Shown: in pieces, positions 33,140 through 45,900 of the stretch
Position numbering within the stretch: position 1 is the first letter of the stretch
Layout: every line of letters begins with the position of its first letter
Assembly: GCA_973895155.1 (NCBI GenBank)
Contig: OZ316895.1
Coordinates: forward strand, 13,627,186 to 13,691,185
DNA from: Marsupella aquatica
Lineage: Eukaryota > Plantae > Marchantiophyta
Direction: 5' to 3'
Length of the DNA stretch: 64,000 nt
Position numbers and translations under genes: made by a program
The notes under the pieces: generated by a model
Seen by the model: the letters and a program-made list of their open reading frames with translations, nothing else
Databases searched by the model: none
Told to the model about the DNA's origin: nothing

Positions 33140-34767
33140 CACTCTTTACAGTATTTAGTCTCACGAAACAATTAGTGTCACTAACAATTAGTGTCACACA
33201 CACTAATTAGGGGTATCCCTTGATTTTCAGCCAACTGACACTATTTACCGTCACCTTCAATTTTGAAAAAAATATATATTTAAAAATATTGATAATTAGA
33301 GATAACAATATAATTGGTGGTAACCCTAAACTAGACTCACTCCAAAGTTATCGAGACTTTCAATGACATCTCTGTGTGCATATGTTTTTAGAAAATTTCC
33401 TTTGTATTTTAGCTGGTCAGTCTTTGTGAAAGGAGAGTAATAGAACGATAACATGGCGGGATATGGATTGCCCATCATAGCTGGATTTGCTAGAGTAAGG
33501 GAAAGAGAATCAAGATTATGTCAACATGTCACTGGTAATTAATGTGCGTCTCCTTTGGCTTTTCCTTGCTGCACTTCAAGACCCACAAAATGTTTTTAAG
33601 TGTATCGAAAGAGTCTGTTCTTTTCTTGAAGCAACTTGTGAAATGTCCGTTCTGTACTTTACGTCTCATTATGATGAGAATTCTCAATCCCGTTACCATC
33701 AGAAGCGTTTTACGATGCGCTTTCCAACGAGCCCAACATCGCCCATTTTTGTTTAGGATCAATGCATGGAGAAATTTCCAAAGTCAGCTGTCTTCTCTGT
33801 GTATGCACATTTTTGGCAATTAGCGATGATCGACCTTTGATTTCTTCTTGATTATTAGATGCTAGGTGTCAATCCTGGTACCATTAGAAGCTCCTTGATA
33901 TGTGCTTTCCAATGAACCCAACATTGCCCATTTTTGATTAGTATCAGTGCATGTAGATTTTTCCAAAGTCTAATGTTTTCTGTGTGTATTTACATTTTTG
34001 GCAATCAGCGGCAATCGACCTTTGATTTCTCCTTGATTATTGAATGATAGGTGTCAATCCTGGTACCATTAGAAGCTCCTTGACATGTGCTTTCCAACAA
34101 GCCAAACATCGCCCATTTTCGTTTAGGATCAATGCATGGAGATTTTTCCAAAGTTGACTGTTTTCTGTGTGTATTCACATTTTTGCAATCAACGACGATC
34201 GACCTTTGATTTCTCCTTGATTATGGAATGATAGGTGTCAATCCTGGTACCATTAGAAGCTCCTTGAGATGTGCTTTCCAATGAGCCCAGCATCGCCCAT
34301 TTTCGATTAGGATCAATGCATGTAGAAATATCCGAAGTTGACTGTTTTCTGTGTGTATTCACACCTTCATTACTGGATGATAGTTGTTGATCCTGGTATC
34401 CTTAGAAGCTCTTGACATATGCTTTCCAATGAGCCTAGCATCCCCTATTTTCATAGAGCGACACAAATGACATATATGAATTCCAGAGTGGGCTCCAATG
34501 GGCGAGTTATAAGTTTCTGAAGTTTGCTCAGTAGTAAATTTTGTAAAGTGTAATCAAATATTGTGCACATTTTTCATTTTTTTAAAAGCAAATTTTGACT
34601 ATAGTCTATTCAATTTTTTTAACTTAAGTGTACATGTGACACTATTTGACTTGTGACCACAATTAGTGTCATACCATATTAGTGTCACACACCCTAATTA
34701 CCGTCACTTACCTCAAATATAACCTCATAGTAATTAGAGTGTGTGAGACTAAATACTGTAAAGAGTG
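33140..34767. mobile_element. Non-autonomous Tc1/mariner-like DNA transposon
   Basis: Perfect 25-bp TIRs CACTCTTTACAGTATTTAGTCTCAC (33140-33164, 34743-34767), TA on both flanks, subterminal AATTAGTGTCA repeats, no transposase ORF. Confidence 0.88.
33685..34452. repeat. ~185-bp tandem array (~4 units) inside the TIR element
   Basis: GCTTTCCAA anchor at 33719, 33904, 34089, 34273, 34421 (periods 185, 185, 184, 148). Confidence 0.9.
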
Positions 34768-37700
34768 TACTTGCAAACATTGCTTTCTAGATTTGAGGGC
34801 CTTGCCACAGCCGCAATGGTGCATGAGGCAGTTGATGTAGTTTAAGTTTGGAAATGCACTTACTAGCATCTTTGCCTAGTTTTCTTAGGTTAAATTTGAG
34901 GTCTAGCTCACTTTGCCTCAAGCATTCCTTGCCAGAATGCTTCACATTTTGCATCTTTGACTAGTCAAGGTTGATGTTGCTTGAGATTGCTTAGCTCTAT
35001 TTGCCATAACTCATCATTCACAAAATTATGATTTTTTCTTGTCCTTCTCTTGGTTTAAGCGGGGCACTAGTACATTCAAGTTAGTTGGCAAAGACAACAA
35101 CTTGGTCTCCTCGCCTTGGAGATTCTGTAGACAACATTCACAAGGTTTGCAAAAATACCGTGCATATATATAATTTTATTTATCCTATTCCGTTTCTTCT
35201 ACTCCTTCCCAAAAACTAGTAACCTTCTGGTTAATTGGAATCGGAAGCCCAGATGGACCGAGACCTTGTCCCTGCCCATCCCCGTGCACTGTGTAAAGTG
35301 ATCACTGATTTTATACCCCCCCAAAAAGGAACCGGTTGTGGATCATAGTTGACAACTTTGACTACCCCATGGAGAAAGTAGTCAAGACATCAAGTCATGT
35401 TTTTTTTGAAAATGGCCTCTAATCAGTTTAATGTTGTATGAATGGCTCAACAATGTTGCCTGGAGAAGAATACAACTTCTTTGTTGTCAAGCTCCAATCT
35501 CAGCTCAATTGAAAGCAAGCAAAATGAATCAATGAGATGGAAGGTGTGATAAAAACATTTGAGAAACTCCATTGCTCCCATATCATGGATTCAAGCCCCT
35601 CACTTAAGAACATTCACGAGTACATAACACATTTTGAAAGTGTGGATGACTTCCTAGACAGGGTTCTCAAAGTAGTCTACAATTTGTGACACAAACTTAC
35701 CTTTGAATTTGGTAGATGGGTCAATCTATTTGAAGGACTTCTGGATCTCAGTTTAAGCTGAAAATTTTCCAGCATGGTTTCCCATGTCTAATCTATTGCC
35801 AGACTTTGAGACTTCTTTGAGATCACTTGCTCCATTTTGGATTAACACACAGATGGTCAAATAGGATAAATCGTGATTTCACTTTACATTTGGAAATTTT
35901 TATGCGAGTCAATTGAATTCGGGTGTTCCTCAGTAATGGCATGACGGCTGTTATGCTTAAGGTCATTGAGTTGTCACGCTACCAAGGAGACCAGTTGGGT
36001 ACGTAACTGGAACCGTCTGCAAACGGTAAGACAATCATTTACAGATCACATTTCACTCAAAAATGTAAACAATATTATCTGAGCCAGTTTAAATTTCTAA
36101 GCAAGTCCATCCAAGCTTTGGCAGTCCATATGGGTTTCATAGACAATGTGGAGGTCCATCCGGGCTTTAGTTTTGGTTAATTGGGAAGACAAACAACTTG
36201 GCCTCGTCTTCTTGGATATTTTTAAGATAGATTGCATGAGCTTGCACTTTACAATCGTCCTAATTGTAAGTGGGCAAGTGCTAATCAACGGATACAAAAT
36301 ACTCTAAAATATCTAATGGCCAGTTTTGATTCCCGCTGGATTTCATAACGGGACAAAGAACTAAAAAGGCGGGATCCCTTATTATAGTTGTAGATTTTTG
36401 CAATGATGCTTATGGAAGTACCTAGGTCAGTGTCAGGGGTAAACTTAGTGTATTTTTTAGGATACCACATATGATCACTGACCGAATAAAATACCTTGAT
36501 TTATAAAAAGAATACTCTAAAAGTGTTGCAATTTAAGGTTCAAATGACATCCTTTATTAAAATTATAGAATAAAAAAATTGCACACTTTATTATGTAAAC
36601 ACACTTTATTTTACTTAATATTATTTATGATAAAAATAATCTAGAAATAATCCACCAAATTTTCTCCCCCTTTTCCCCTTTTCCCCATCTGCCCTTTTTC
36701 TCTCTCCTCTCCTTTTCTCCCAATCCTCTCCCCTTTTTCTTCCTGACCCACCCTTCCGTAACAATTTAGGAACCCCCTACTTGACACATAAGGGAGGAGG
36801 GGATGGTCCAAAAGCTTTGCCTCCCTCCATGACGGGTGGGAGGCAGAGGCCATTGCAAAGGCCTAGCCTGCCTCACCTTGGGGCACGATGGGGCTGGGCA
36901 CAACAAGCAAGGCCCTCTTGGCAAAGGCACGACAATTGGTGTCAACAAGGTTGGGTGAGCAGTGAGGGGTTGGTCAATCTAATTGTTATCAAAAACTCAT
37001 ATTGCATCACAATGTTAGGATTGAGTCCTGTCCAAAATTTGTTTTGTAAGCAGACCGGAAGGGTCAGGTGGGAATACATATTATAATGTTTGATCAAGAT
37101 AATTTATATTTATTATATAAAAATTACTATAACATGTTATTTTAGTCAATGCTGTGCATTGCAGCCATGCTATAATCATTGTTTACAATTGTTGTTGTGA
37201 CCAGTTGTTGTTGGCGCAACAATGTCTACCTGTTACAAAAAATGTCAAGGTGAGACAAAAAAATGTGGTGACACAAGAAAGTGTTGCATTTTGGTATTGT
37301 CGTCTGTGCAAGGATGTTGTGGTGCGTAAGTGTGGTCATTTTGGCTGAGTGTTAGTTGTTGCGGAGATGTTATCATTTGGTTGATGTTGTTCGGGAGGAT
37401 CAAGAGTGTAGGAGGACGAGGGGATGCAAAAATGGGGACGGTGGCTGGGCATCATGGGTTCAGGCTTGGTTGCCCCTGTGCTATAATGTGGAGGGAGAAC
37501 ATTTTTGGTTTTATCTACCTTTTTTCTTTTCCCCCTTCTATTTGCCCTCCAGCTCCCTCCCTCTCTCACTTCCTCCCCCCTTTCTTCCCTCTAACATGAC
37601 TAAAAAAATTAAAATTATCCCAAAGAAACAATAAAATTCCCCTCCTCCTTAGCTAAAAGCAAAAAAGCTCTCACACCAATGTCTTTCCCATGCAGTGACT

Positions 37701-37941
37701 ATAATTATGCTAGAAAGTACTGCACAAACATATAAGTTGTTACTTATCTCTATTGCACAAAAAAGTATAATCCATTGGATATACCAAGTAGTCCATTGCC
37801 CTTTGAGTCATCCAAGGGATGTCAAAAGCATAATCATGTATAATGTACCTTATCTTGTATGTACCATGCTGCAGAAACAAATATATCCATTGGGTGTCTC
37901 CATTGAGTCATCCAAGGGTGTCCAAATAAGTGTATTGGCTG

Positions 37942-38104
37942 TTCCCTCATGGACCATGGGTTAACTAAAGCAGTATATTGCAGACGCATTCTACTGTAGC
38001 GCTCTGAAGTATTGAAAGCTATCCCTCATGGACCATGGGTTAACTAAAACAGTATATTGCAGACGCATTCTACTGTAGCGCTCTGAAGTATTATTGAAAG
38101 CTAT
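37942..38104. repeat. ~79-bp tandem duplication
   Basis: TCCCTCATGGACCATGGGTTAACTAAA...GCTCTGAAGTATT twice. Confidence 0.85.
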
Positions 38105-38514
38105 CTTGATATGGTAGAAGTCTATGGTGAGATGGGCATTTGAGACATAAAAGTGTCTCTTACAAAGGGAAGATACTATTTGAGTTTAAAGTAATGTTTG
38201 AAAATGTTGTTTGTCAAACATTGTGGTCCATCCAAGCTTCTTTTCCATTTCTTGTCTGACATCATCAAACACTTGGATAATTGGTTAATTGGGCAGTCAG
38301 AGTTGTTTGTCAAACGTGGTGATCCCTCTGAGCTCTATTCACTGACATGACATCATCAGACACTTGGGCAGTGCGTTCATGGGAGCTTCAAATTTCTGAA
38401 AACGGTTGAAGCACCTCTTCCTTCCTATTCTTTTACGAAATAATAATAAATAATAATATAATTACCATGGCAAAATGATCATTTGTAAAGAAGTTACCAA
38501 ATGATTTGTTCCAT

Positions 38515-38800
38515 GAAAAAAACCTAATATATCTTATTATTACAGCAAATCATTATTATTAGAACGCTTACCCATTGATTTCTTTCAGGGATAAAAATCA
38601 ATATATATATACACCCTATCAAATGATTATTATTAGAGAACTTACCCAATGATTCTTTCATTAAAAAACCCTAATATATCTTATTATTACAGCAAATCAT
38701 GCTATTTATAACACTTACCCAATGATTTCTCTAACAAAAAAAATTAAATATGTATATACACCCCATCAAATGATTATTATTAGAAAACTTACCCAACAGA
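38515..38800. repeat. AT-rich ~148-bp tandem duplication with subrepeats
   Basis: CCTAATATATCTTATTATTACAGCAAATCAT twice; CTTACCCA motif four times. Confidence 0.75.
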
Positions 38801-39962
38801 AAGAAACTAAAGCTTGGATGAACCTCCACTTTGTTTGTGAAACCCAGGTGGACTGGCAAAGCTCGGATGGATTTTCTCAGAACATTTAAACTGACTCAGA
38901 TAACATTGTTTACACTTTTGACTGAAATATGACCTATAAATGGTCCCCTTACCATTTGCAGCGGGTTTCAATTGCATTACCAAATAGTTTACTTGATAAC
39001 TTGATGACTTGACTTCCTTGAATCTAAAAGACATCAAAAAGTCATGTCATTACTCAGCATCACCATGGGCTGTGACTACTTTCTCCCTAAGGTAATCAAA
39101 GTTGTCAACTATTATTTGCAACCGGTTTATTTTTGGCGACAATTGTTTTACACACTCCATGGGGATGGGTAGAGACAGTATACTGTACATCCAAGTTTTT
39201 GGTTTATATTTGGTGTAAAAGTGACAATTGTTTTACACACTCCATGGGGTTGGGTAGAGACAGTACACTGTACATCCAAGTTTTGTTTCCAATAGGAAAC
39301 GAGAACGAAAAGGGAACTTACCCAATGATAGAAAAGTTCGGAACTGTGGTCGAAGAGTAGGAAAACGAAACGAAGCCGAGGGAAACGAAGAAGGGGGAAG
39401 AAGGGGGCGCAGCAGAATGATGGCACGTCACGCTTCTACAGTAGTGTTATTTACACTGCTGGCGAAGAGGCGGGTGTTTGAATCTCGACCACCGTGGCGG
39501 AGTACCGTTGGATGAGGGAACGGAAGGCTCTCTGGCCGCACGATCTTATTCTCCGTAAACTCGGGTTAGGCTGCTTTCGTGCAAGGGGGGAGGGATGGGT
39601 TGGCCGCCAGCCCTCCGCTGGGTTGCTGCTGCGAGCCTTCTGGGTCCAGAGCTTGTTGGGTCGCTTCCTCCTTCATAGTTCGAGCTTTTGCCGAAGAAAA
39701 GCAGGTGCGTGTTGAGGAAGTGGAGGAAGTGGAGGAGGTAGAGCACGGAGCTGAGCAGAGCAGAGCAGAGCAGAAAAGAACGGAGAGAGCAGCAGATGAG
39801 CGGAGTACGAAGAGGAGGAGGAAAGAGGAGGAGGAGGAGGAGAGAAAGACGTCGATAGTAGAGGAGGAAGCGGTAGGGCGGAAGATTTTGAATTGAGGAA
39901 AATAGATAGATAGTGGAAGGAGGAGGTGCTCGGAGGAGATCATCGAAGAGTAGCGCAGCGCC

Positions 39963-42900
39963 ATGGAGGGCACTCCGGCGGCGACTGCTGTTGGTGCAGC
40001 TCCTGCTGCTGCTGCTGGCACAGGCGGTGACGCAGCAGGAGTGGGAGGAGGAGCGGCGGGAGGAGATGTCCCTGGAGGAAGTGTTTTAGGAGGAGGAACG
40101 GAGGATGTAGTCCACAAGGCGCGAAGTTTGATGCGGAGGATAGTGGCAAGCAGGCCGTCGCCGGAGCCTTGTTTGCTTCACTCTCTGGCTGCCATCCTGG
40201 AGCAGGAGGAATTCAGGTAGATGTCTCTGGATTTACTTAGATCCGTTTTGTTTAGAATTCCGAAGGGGCAGTAGAGGTAGTGAGCACGCTCGTGTGGCTT
40301 CTGCTCGACGGGACGACGAAGCGGATGTAGCAGGAGTCGTCATAGCTGTGTATTTGGCAAGGTCTGAATCCGTCTGCGCGATTCTGACCTAATGTCGTCG
40401 TTTTCGGCAAGATTTCAAGTTTTAGGTCTGATCTCGCTGCATCGAAATTGCGATTGAACTGCCGGTCCCCTGACACACCCGAGTCTTGTGCTCCTTCGCT
40501 TATTGATATTTGAAGGTTGCTTCTCTTTTCCGAGCTTAGAAATCAGCAGATTCACGCAAGAAATTCATATTTACCTCGTTCAATTTTTGACCTGATTTCG
40601 GTGTATTGTTTGGAACTGTAGATACGAACAGCTAGCGGGGCATCCTTACTCAAATAACTCGCGTTCGTCTCATCCCATCGGCCGTTTAGTGAATTTAATA
40701 AGGGTATATATATACTCGCTTCTCATAATCCTTTGCTGGATTTTCATAGTTGAAGACTATTTTGAGGCACAGTTTGAGCTATCTGGATGCATAGATGACA
40801 TGATCGATGCTGCGGATGTCCATCTGTGGATAGAGTGTGACTTAAAGAAATGCAATACAAGTCAGCTGTGATCGTTCTCATGGCTTTGATTCGTTTCCGT
40901 GCAGGAGGACGATGATTTTTTTGAGTTGGTATCCGCTAAGCTTCTAGTGGAATCTGGACACACGATTCGTGTGCGTGCAGCAGCAGCTCGGTTATTGCTG
41001 GCGTGTTTATCGTGTTTGATGGTACGATCTTATGCCCTCTTTCGCAAGACCACTTTTAGGTCAAAAGTCGTTATTTGATCTTCAGAATTTTTGCGAGGGG
41101 CGACTTAGTGCACTTGTAATTTATTCGGATAGATTCATTAGTGCTAACCTGGAGCCACTTGCACTGTGCAGTATCCGCATAGTTTTCTAGACCAAGACCA
41201 AGTTATCGTTAATGTTAAAAAATGGGTCATTGAAGATGTGACTACGGCGTCGTATGGAAATCCACCGGGCAGTACTGGTGGTAGGGTCAACAGCACTGGA
41301 TTCACCGCTATGGATCGAGAGATGTTGAGGACTTATGCCACTGGTCTTTTGTCATTTGCACTGCAAGGGTATGTGGCTAAGTTTTGCCCCTGAATTTCGA
41401 CGCTGACTGACGAAAGTTTGGAAGAAGTTGACTTGAACGTCCTCGCATTTTGGTGGTTGCTTATGAATTGTTCGCTGACTTGTAGAGTTTGTTGTCGCAG
41501 GACTGGGAGTGATGTCGTGGAAGATGTTTTGACCACTGGAATCGTAGGGAAGCTGATGCATTTTCTACGAATTCGGGTGCTGGGTGACAGCAGTAGTGCA
41601 GGTGATGGTGGGGCAGCTGTAGAAAATAGGTCTAGCACTGGTGCGGGATCAAGCAGGGTCAGGGATGAGTCTCGCGGAAGGTTTAGGGTCCTCACAGATT
41701 CGTCACGGATGGATGATGTCCGTGTCCCAGACAGAACAGGTGTTGATCAGGCGAATGAGGCGACTGAACGTGGTGTTGAAGGAAAGGCAAAGAGGAAAGA
41801 TGACGAAGGTGTCCTTGACGACAAGGAGGGCAGAAATTCTGTAGAGCCTATGGATAGTCTGCATTCCTATGATGCAGATGAAGATGGCGAGGAGTCGGTT
41901 GGTGAAGACAAGAAACGCCGCAAAGAGAGGCGTGACGTGAAGGGTAGGGTTGGCGCAGGGGATTGGTTAGGGCACAGTCGTTCAAGTCGTGAGGATGATT
42001 TGGAGGAGACTGGTCGAGCAGAACCTTCCAGACGTAGGAACGATATTCGAGATAAGGGAGGTAGCAAGGGAAGAGGTAAAGGTAGGACAGCTGAAGGAGT
42101 GTCGGAAGGTGAAAAAAGTCAAGGTCAAGTTCCTGCTAGAATTGGGAGCCTGATGGATACCCCTCGGAGTCGGAAATCTCTCCAAGATAGGGTGAACGGG
42201 AAATCTGAGAATGTCGCCGAGTCTGCAAAAGGATTGGATTTTAGTAAAAGCTCAGGTGGGAAGGATGCGGATGTAGCCCCTGAAATTGAACCGGAGGAAG
42301 TCATCATTGCTCCTCGTGTAATGATTGGCAACGTGGATATTGGAGTAATAATGAAAAAGGCGTCAAGAGCAGCAGAGGCGGAAGCAAGTGCCGCAAATGC
42401 ACCTTTGGAGGCTTTGAAAGCAGCTGGAGATGCTGCTGCAGAGCTTGTGAGACAAGCGGCCACAGAGGTTCCGTAATAGATCCTTTCTCGATTTTTGGCC
42501 ATTCATCGATGGAGGCACTTATTTTCGGTTTGAATATTTGCCTAGTGTATGAAAACAATGGCGTAACTCTTCATAAGGAAGGATGAACTAATTTATGTTG
42601 CATCTACAGGAGCTGGCGAAAGGATCAGATGACACCGCCGTTCTGGCAGCTGCCAAGGCTGCAGCAGCAACGGTTGTCGATGCAGCTGAAGCTGTTCACG
42701 TTAATGATACTAGGTGTGATTTTGTTCTCTCCCCCTGTTACTTTACTTTGAGTTGCACTCAACAGGACTTTGGTTCCTTTCCGATGTTGAGATATTATTG
42801 TAACTCATTTGTTATCTCTCCAGGGATAAGTTGTTGGATACATCCGCAAAGAGTTTGGACGAAATCCCGGAGTTGAAAGACCACCATTGTGAACTTGGAG

Positions 42901-45900
42901 AAATTGGGGTGTGTGGAGTGGAGGCAGAATCACTTGCGAGCTTGCGCGAGCGTTACTGTGTACAATGCCTGGAAAAAATGGGAGAGTACTTAGAAGTACT
43001 AGGGCCCGTGCTGCATGAGCGGGGAGTAGATGTGTGTCTTGCTTTGCTGCAGCGACTATCTAAAGATAGCACGTCAGTGAAAGATATGACCATGCTGTCA
43101 GATGTTCTGAAGCTTATCTGCGCACTTGCTGCGCATCGAAAGTTTGCGTCCCTTTTTGTGGATCGAGGTGGAGTTCAACAACTGCTTGCAGCACCCAGAG
43201 TCCTGCAGACACTCACTGGAATCTCGTTATGTCTCTTCGCCTTAGCTTCACTGCAGGTGCTTCCCTTTCCATCAATTTCTACCCTTTCTTTGTGGTGGTC
43301 GTTTGATCCTTATCCCTAGCTGAAGCATGATGGATGATGCGGAGTTTTTTGTGTTAGTTGTATTTACCCTGCAATGATTGCGCAAACTGAGGATTCTGCA
43401 TCCATTGTCTGCTTATACTGGTTGATGTGCACTAAATTCGGTAAGTGTCTGGCAGGGTGTTATGGAGCGAGTGTGTACTCTGCCTCCGGCAATTTTGCAA
43501 GAGATTGTCAGTCTTGGACTACAACTTCTTGCATGTTCTCAGGATCCAGCACGAAGGAATGCTGCACTTTTTTTTGGTGCTGCATTTGTTTTCCGAGTCA
43601 TCGTGGATGCTTTTGATGTTCAAGATGGACTCCATAAAGTGTTGAATCTCCTACGCAATGCTGCTCATTTGCGATCTGGAGGTGGTTCAGCTGGGCCTTC
43701 TGCTGCGTCGGTCCTTTCTCGCATTGATCGTGGATTGGCAGCTGAAGTTCTCACTTCATCTGGGAAACAAATTGCTTACCATACATGCGTGGCATTGCGT
43801 CAGTACTTTCGAGCACACCTTCTAGTGCTTGTGGACTCTCTAAGGCCTTTGAAGGGTCACCGTGGTGGGTCACGTAATGCCTCTGGCGGAAGAGCTGCTT
43901 ACAAGCCTGCTGATATTAGTAATGAGGCAATGGATGCTATTATCGTACAGTTGCAGCGGGATAGGAAGCTGGGCCCAGCCTTTGTAAGATCGCATTGGAC
44001 TCAATTGGAAAAATTCATGAATTATGGTGGTCATACAATTTTACTGGAGTTGACGCAGGTATGAGCTCTGTCAAGTTCCTCAAAATTTTCCGTCCCTGTT
44101 TTTGTGGGATTGATTGTTTAACATGCGCTTGTTTTTAGTTGAATGGGATGCTTATATGGTCTTGTTTTGCGTCCAGGCTACGCCCAACGAGCGATATTTC
44201 CATGAGATTTCGCAGCATGCACTCGGGGTGTTGCAGATTGTAACTTTGATGCCATTTACTCGCAAGCCTGTTGTGGGTTCAACACTCAGTAATGAACGCA
44301 CTGGTATGGCGGTCATTCTAGATGCTGCCAGTGGGGCTGGTTTAGGGTATGATCCCGAGGTATGTATTTTCCCCATGAGAGGAAGCAAAGTTATCGCAAC
44401 TCTATGATGTATGTTTAGCTTTAGTTTTTATAGCTGTAGGACTCCATCTGAAAATATTTGTATCTCTGCAATATAGTACTGGTTGCCTTAAGGCGTATCG
44501 GATCTTGTTTATGCAGGTGATTCAGGCAGCATTGCTGGTTCTTGTAAACTTGGTCTGCCCGCCTCCCTCTCTATGTAGTCGTCCAGTTTTACCTAGCAGT
44601 ACTGCAGCAGCTACCTCTCAGGCATCGCATGCACCTAGTATTCAACTAGGTACTCCTGTCAGTGGTGTTCCCGGTGCTTCAAGCAGTTCTACTCCTGTAC
44701 CTCTTGCGGAAGGTCGCTACGGGAAACCAGAAGGCACCCTTGAAAGAAATGGAGGTGATCGGACTGCAAGCACGGTCAATGTCCCTTTACCTGGAACAAG
44801 TACTTCGGGTCCTTCTACGTCAGCTGTCGTGGGAGACCGTCGAATATCTTTAGGACCAGGAGCAGGGGGCTCTGGACTTGCAGCTTACATGGAGCAGGGC
44901 TATCGCTATGCGCGGGAGGCTGTGCGGGCCAATAATGGGATCAAAGTCTTGTTGCACCTTCTGTATCCGAGACAGCTCTTCCCTCCTGGCTCCCTTGACT
45001 GCATCCGAGCTCTTGCTTGCCGGGTCCTTCTTGGTCTGGCTCGTGACAATGCCATTGCTCATATTCTCACCAAACTTCAGGCAAGTTGATACTATTGTAT
45101 TCTCGTGCAGTCCATAGGGTCCGCTGTATGACATTAAATTTGGAGGGTATTGTCAGTTATTGGTTTCATCTTGGTCGCTGCTGCTTAGACCACAGCATAA
45201 CTTTTTGGTTCTTGATGTGCAGGTGGGGAAGTTGTTACCTGAACTCTTATCGCATGGTACTCAGGCAGGCCGCCAAGCAGGTGCAAGTGGTATAGGTGGA
45301 GAGCAAGGCAGGTGGCAGGCAGAATTAAGCCGAGTTGCCCTCGAACTTATTGCGGTAGGTGCTGGATTTTCAATTTAAATGGCAAGGTTGCGTATGTCTG
45401 ACGTATACCTGTCAAGGTCGTTGCATAGAGATGTTAGATATTCTTGAAGTAATCGGGTAAGACAAAGCCACATTTCTCCTTCGACACGAAGCGAACTTCG
45501 CTCCCTATGACGATAATTAAGATTGAGTTCCTTTTCTGAATGTCAGCGGGGACAAAGTTTTCTAAGAATTGTGATCCTGGGCTGGTTTCAGATTGTCACA
45601 AATGCTGGACGGGCAAGTACAGTTGCAGCTAGTGAAGCAGCGGCTCCCACACTACGGCGAATTGAAAGAGCTGCCATTGCAGCGGCTACGCCAATTAGCT
45701 ATCATTCCGGGTATTTATCTGAAACATTTGCTGTTTGTCATTCTGAACCTTGTATAGGTAGCTGGCAGAGTTTAATATACTGGAATGGAAGGGTTAGCTC
45801 AGACTGGCTGAGTCTTGGTGATGATTGCACGGAATCATCCCCTTGTTTTGCTATGGGCGCAGGGAGCTGTTGCAGTTAATTCACGAGCATTTGGTTGCCT

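Larger units (their letters stand above)
35190..39370. mobile_element. Possible old long-TIR (MULE-like) element or an inverted pair of dispersed repeats
   Basis: 35330-35385 AACCGGTTG...ATAGTTGACAACTTTGACTACC...GGAGAAAGTAGTCA is inverted at ~39073-39127, with weaker similarity extending outward. No TSD identified. Confidence 0.45.

Noticed and set aside
39566-40117. 183-aa minus-strand Pro/Ser-rich ORF
   Set aside because: Antisense of the GA-rich 5' UTR and Gly/Ala-rich first exon of DCAF1.
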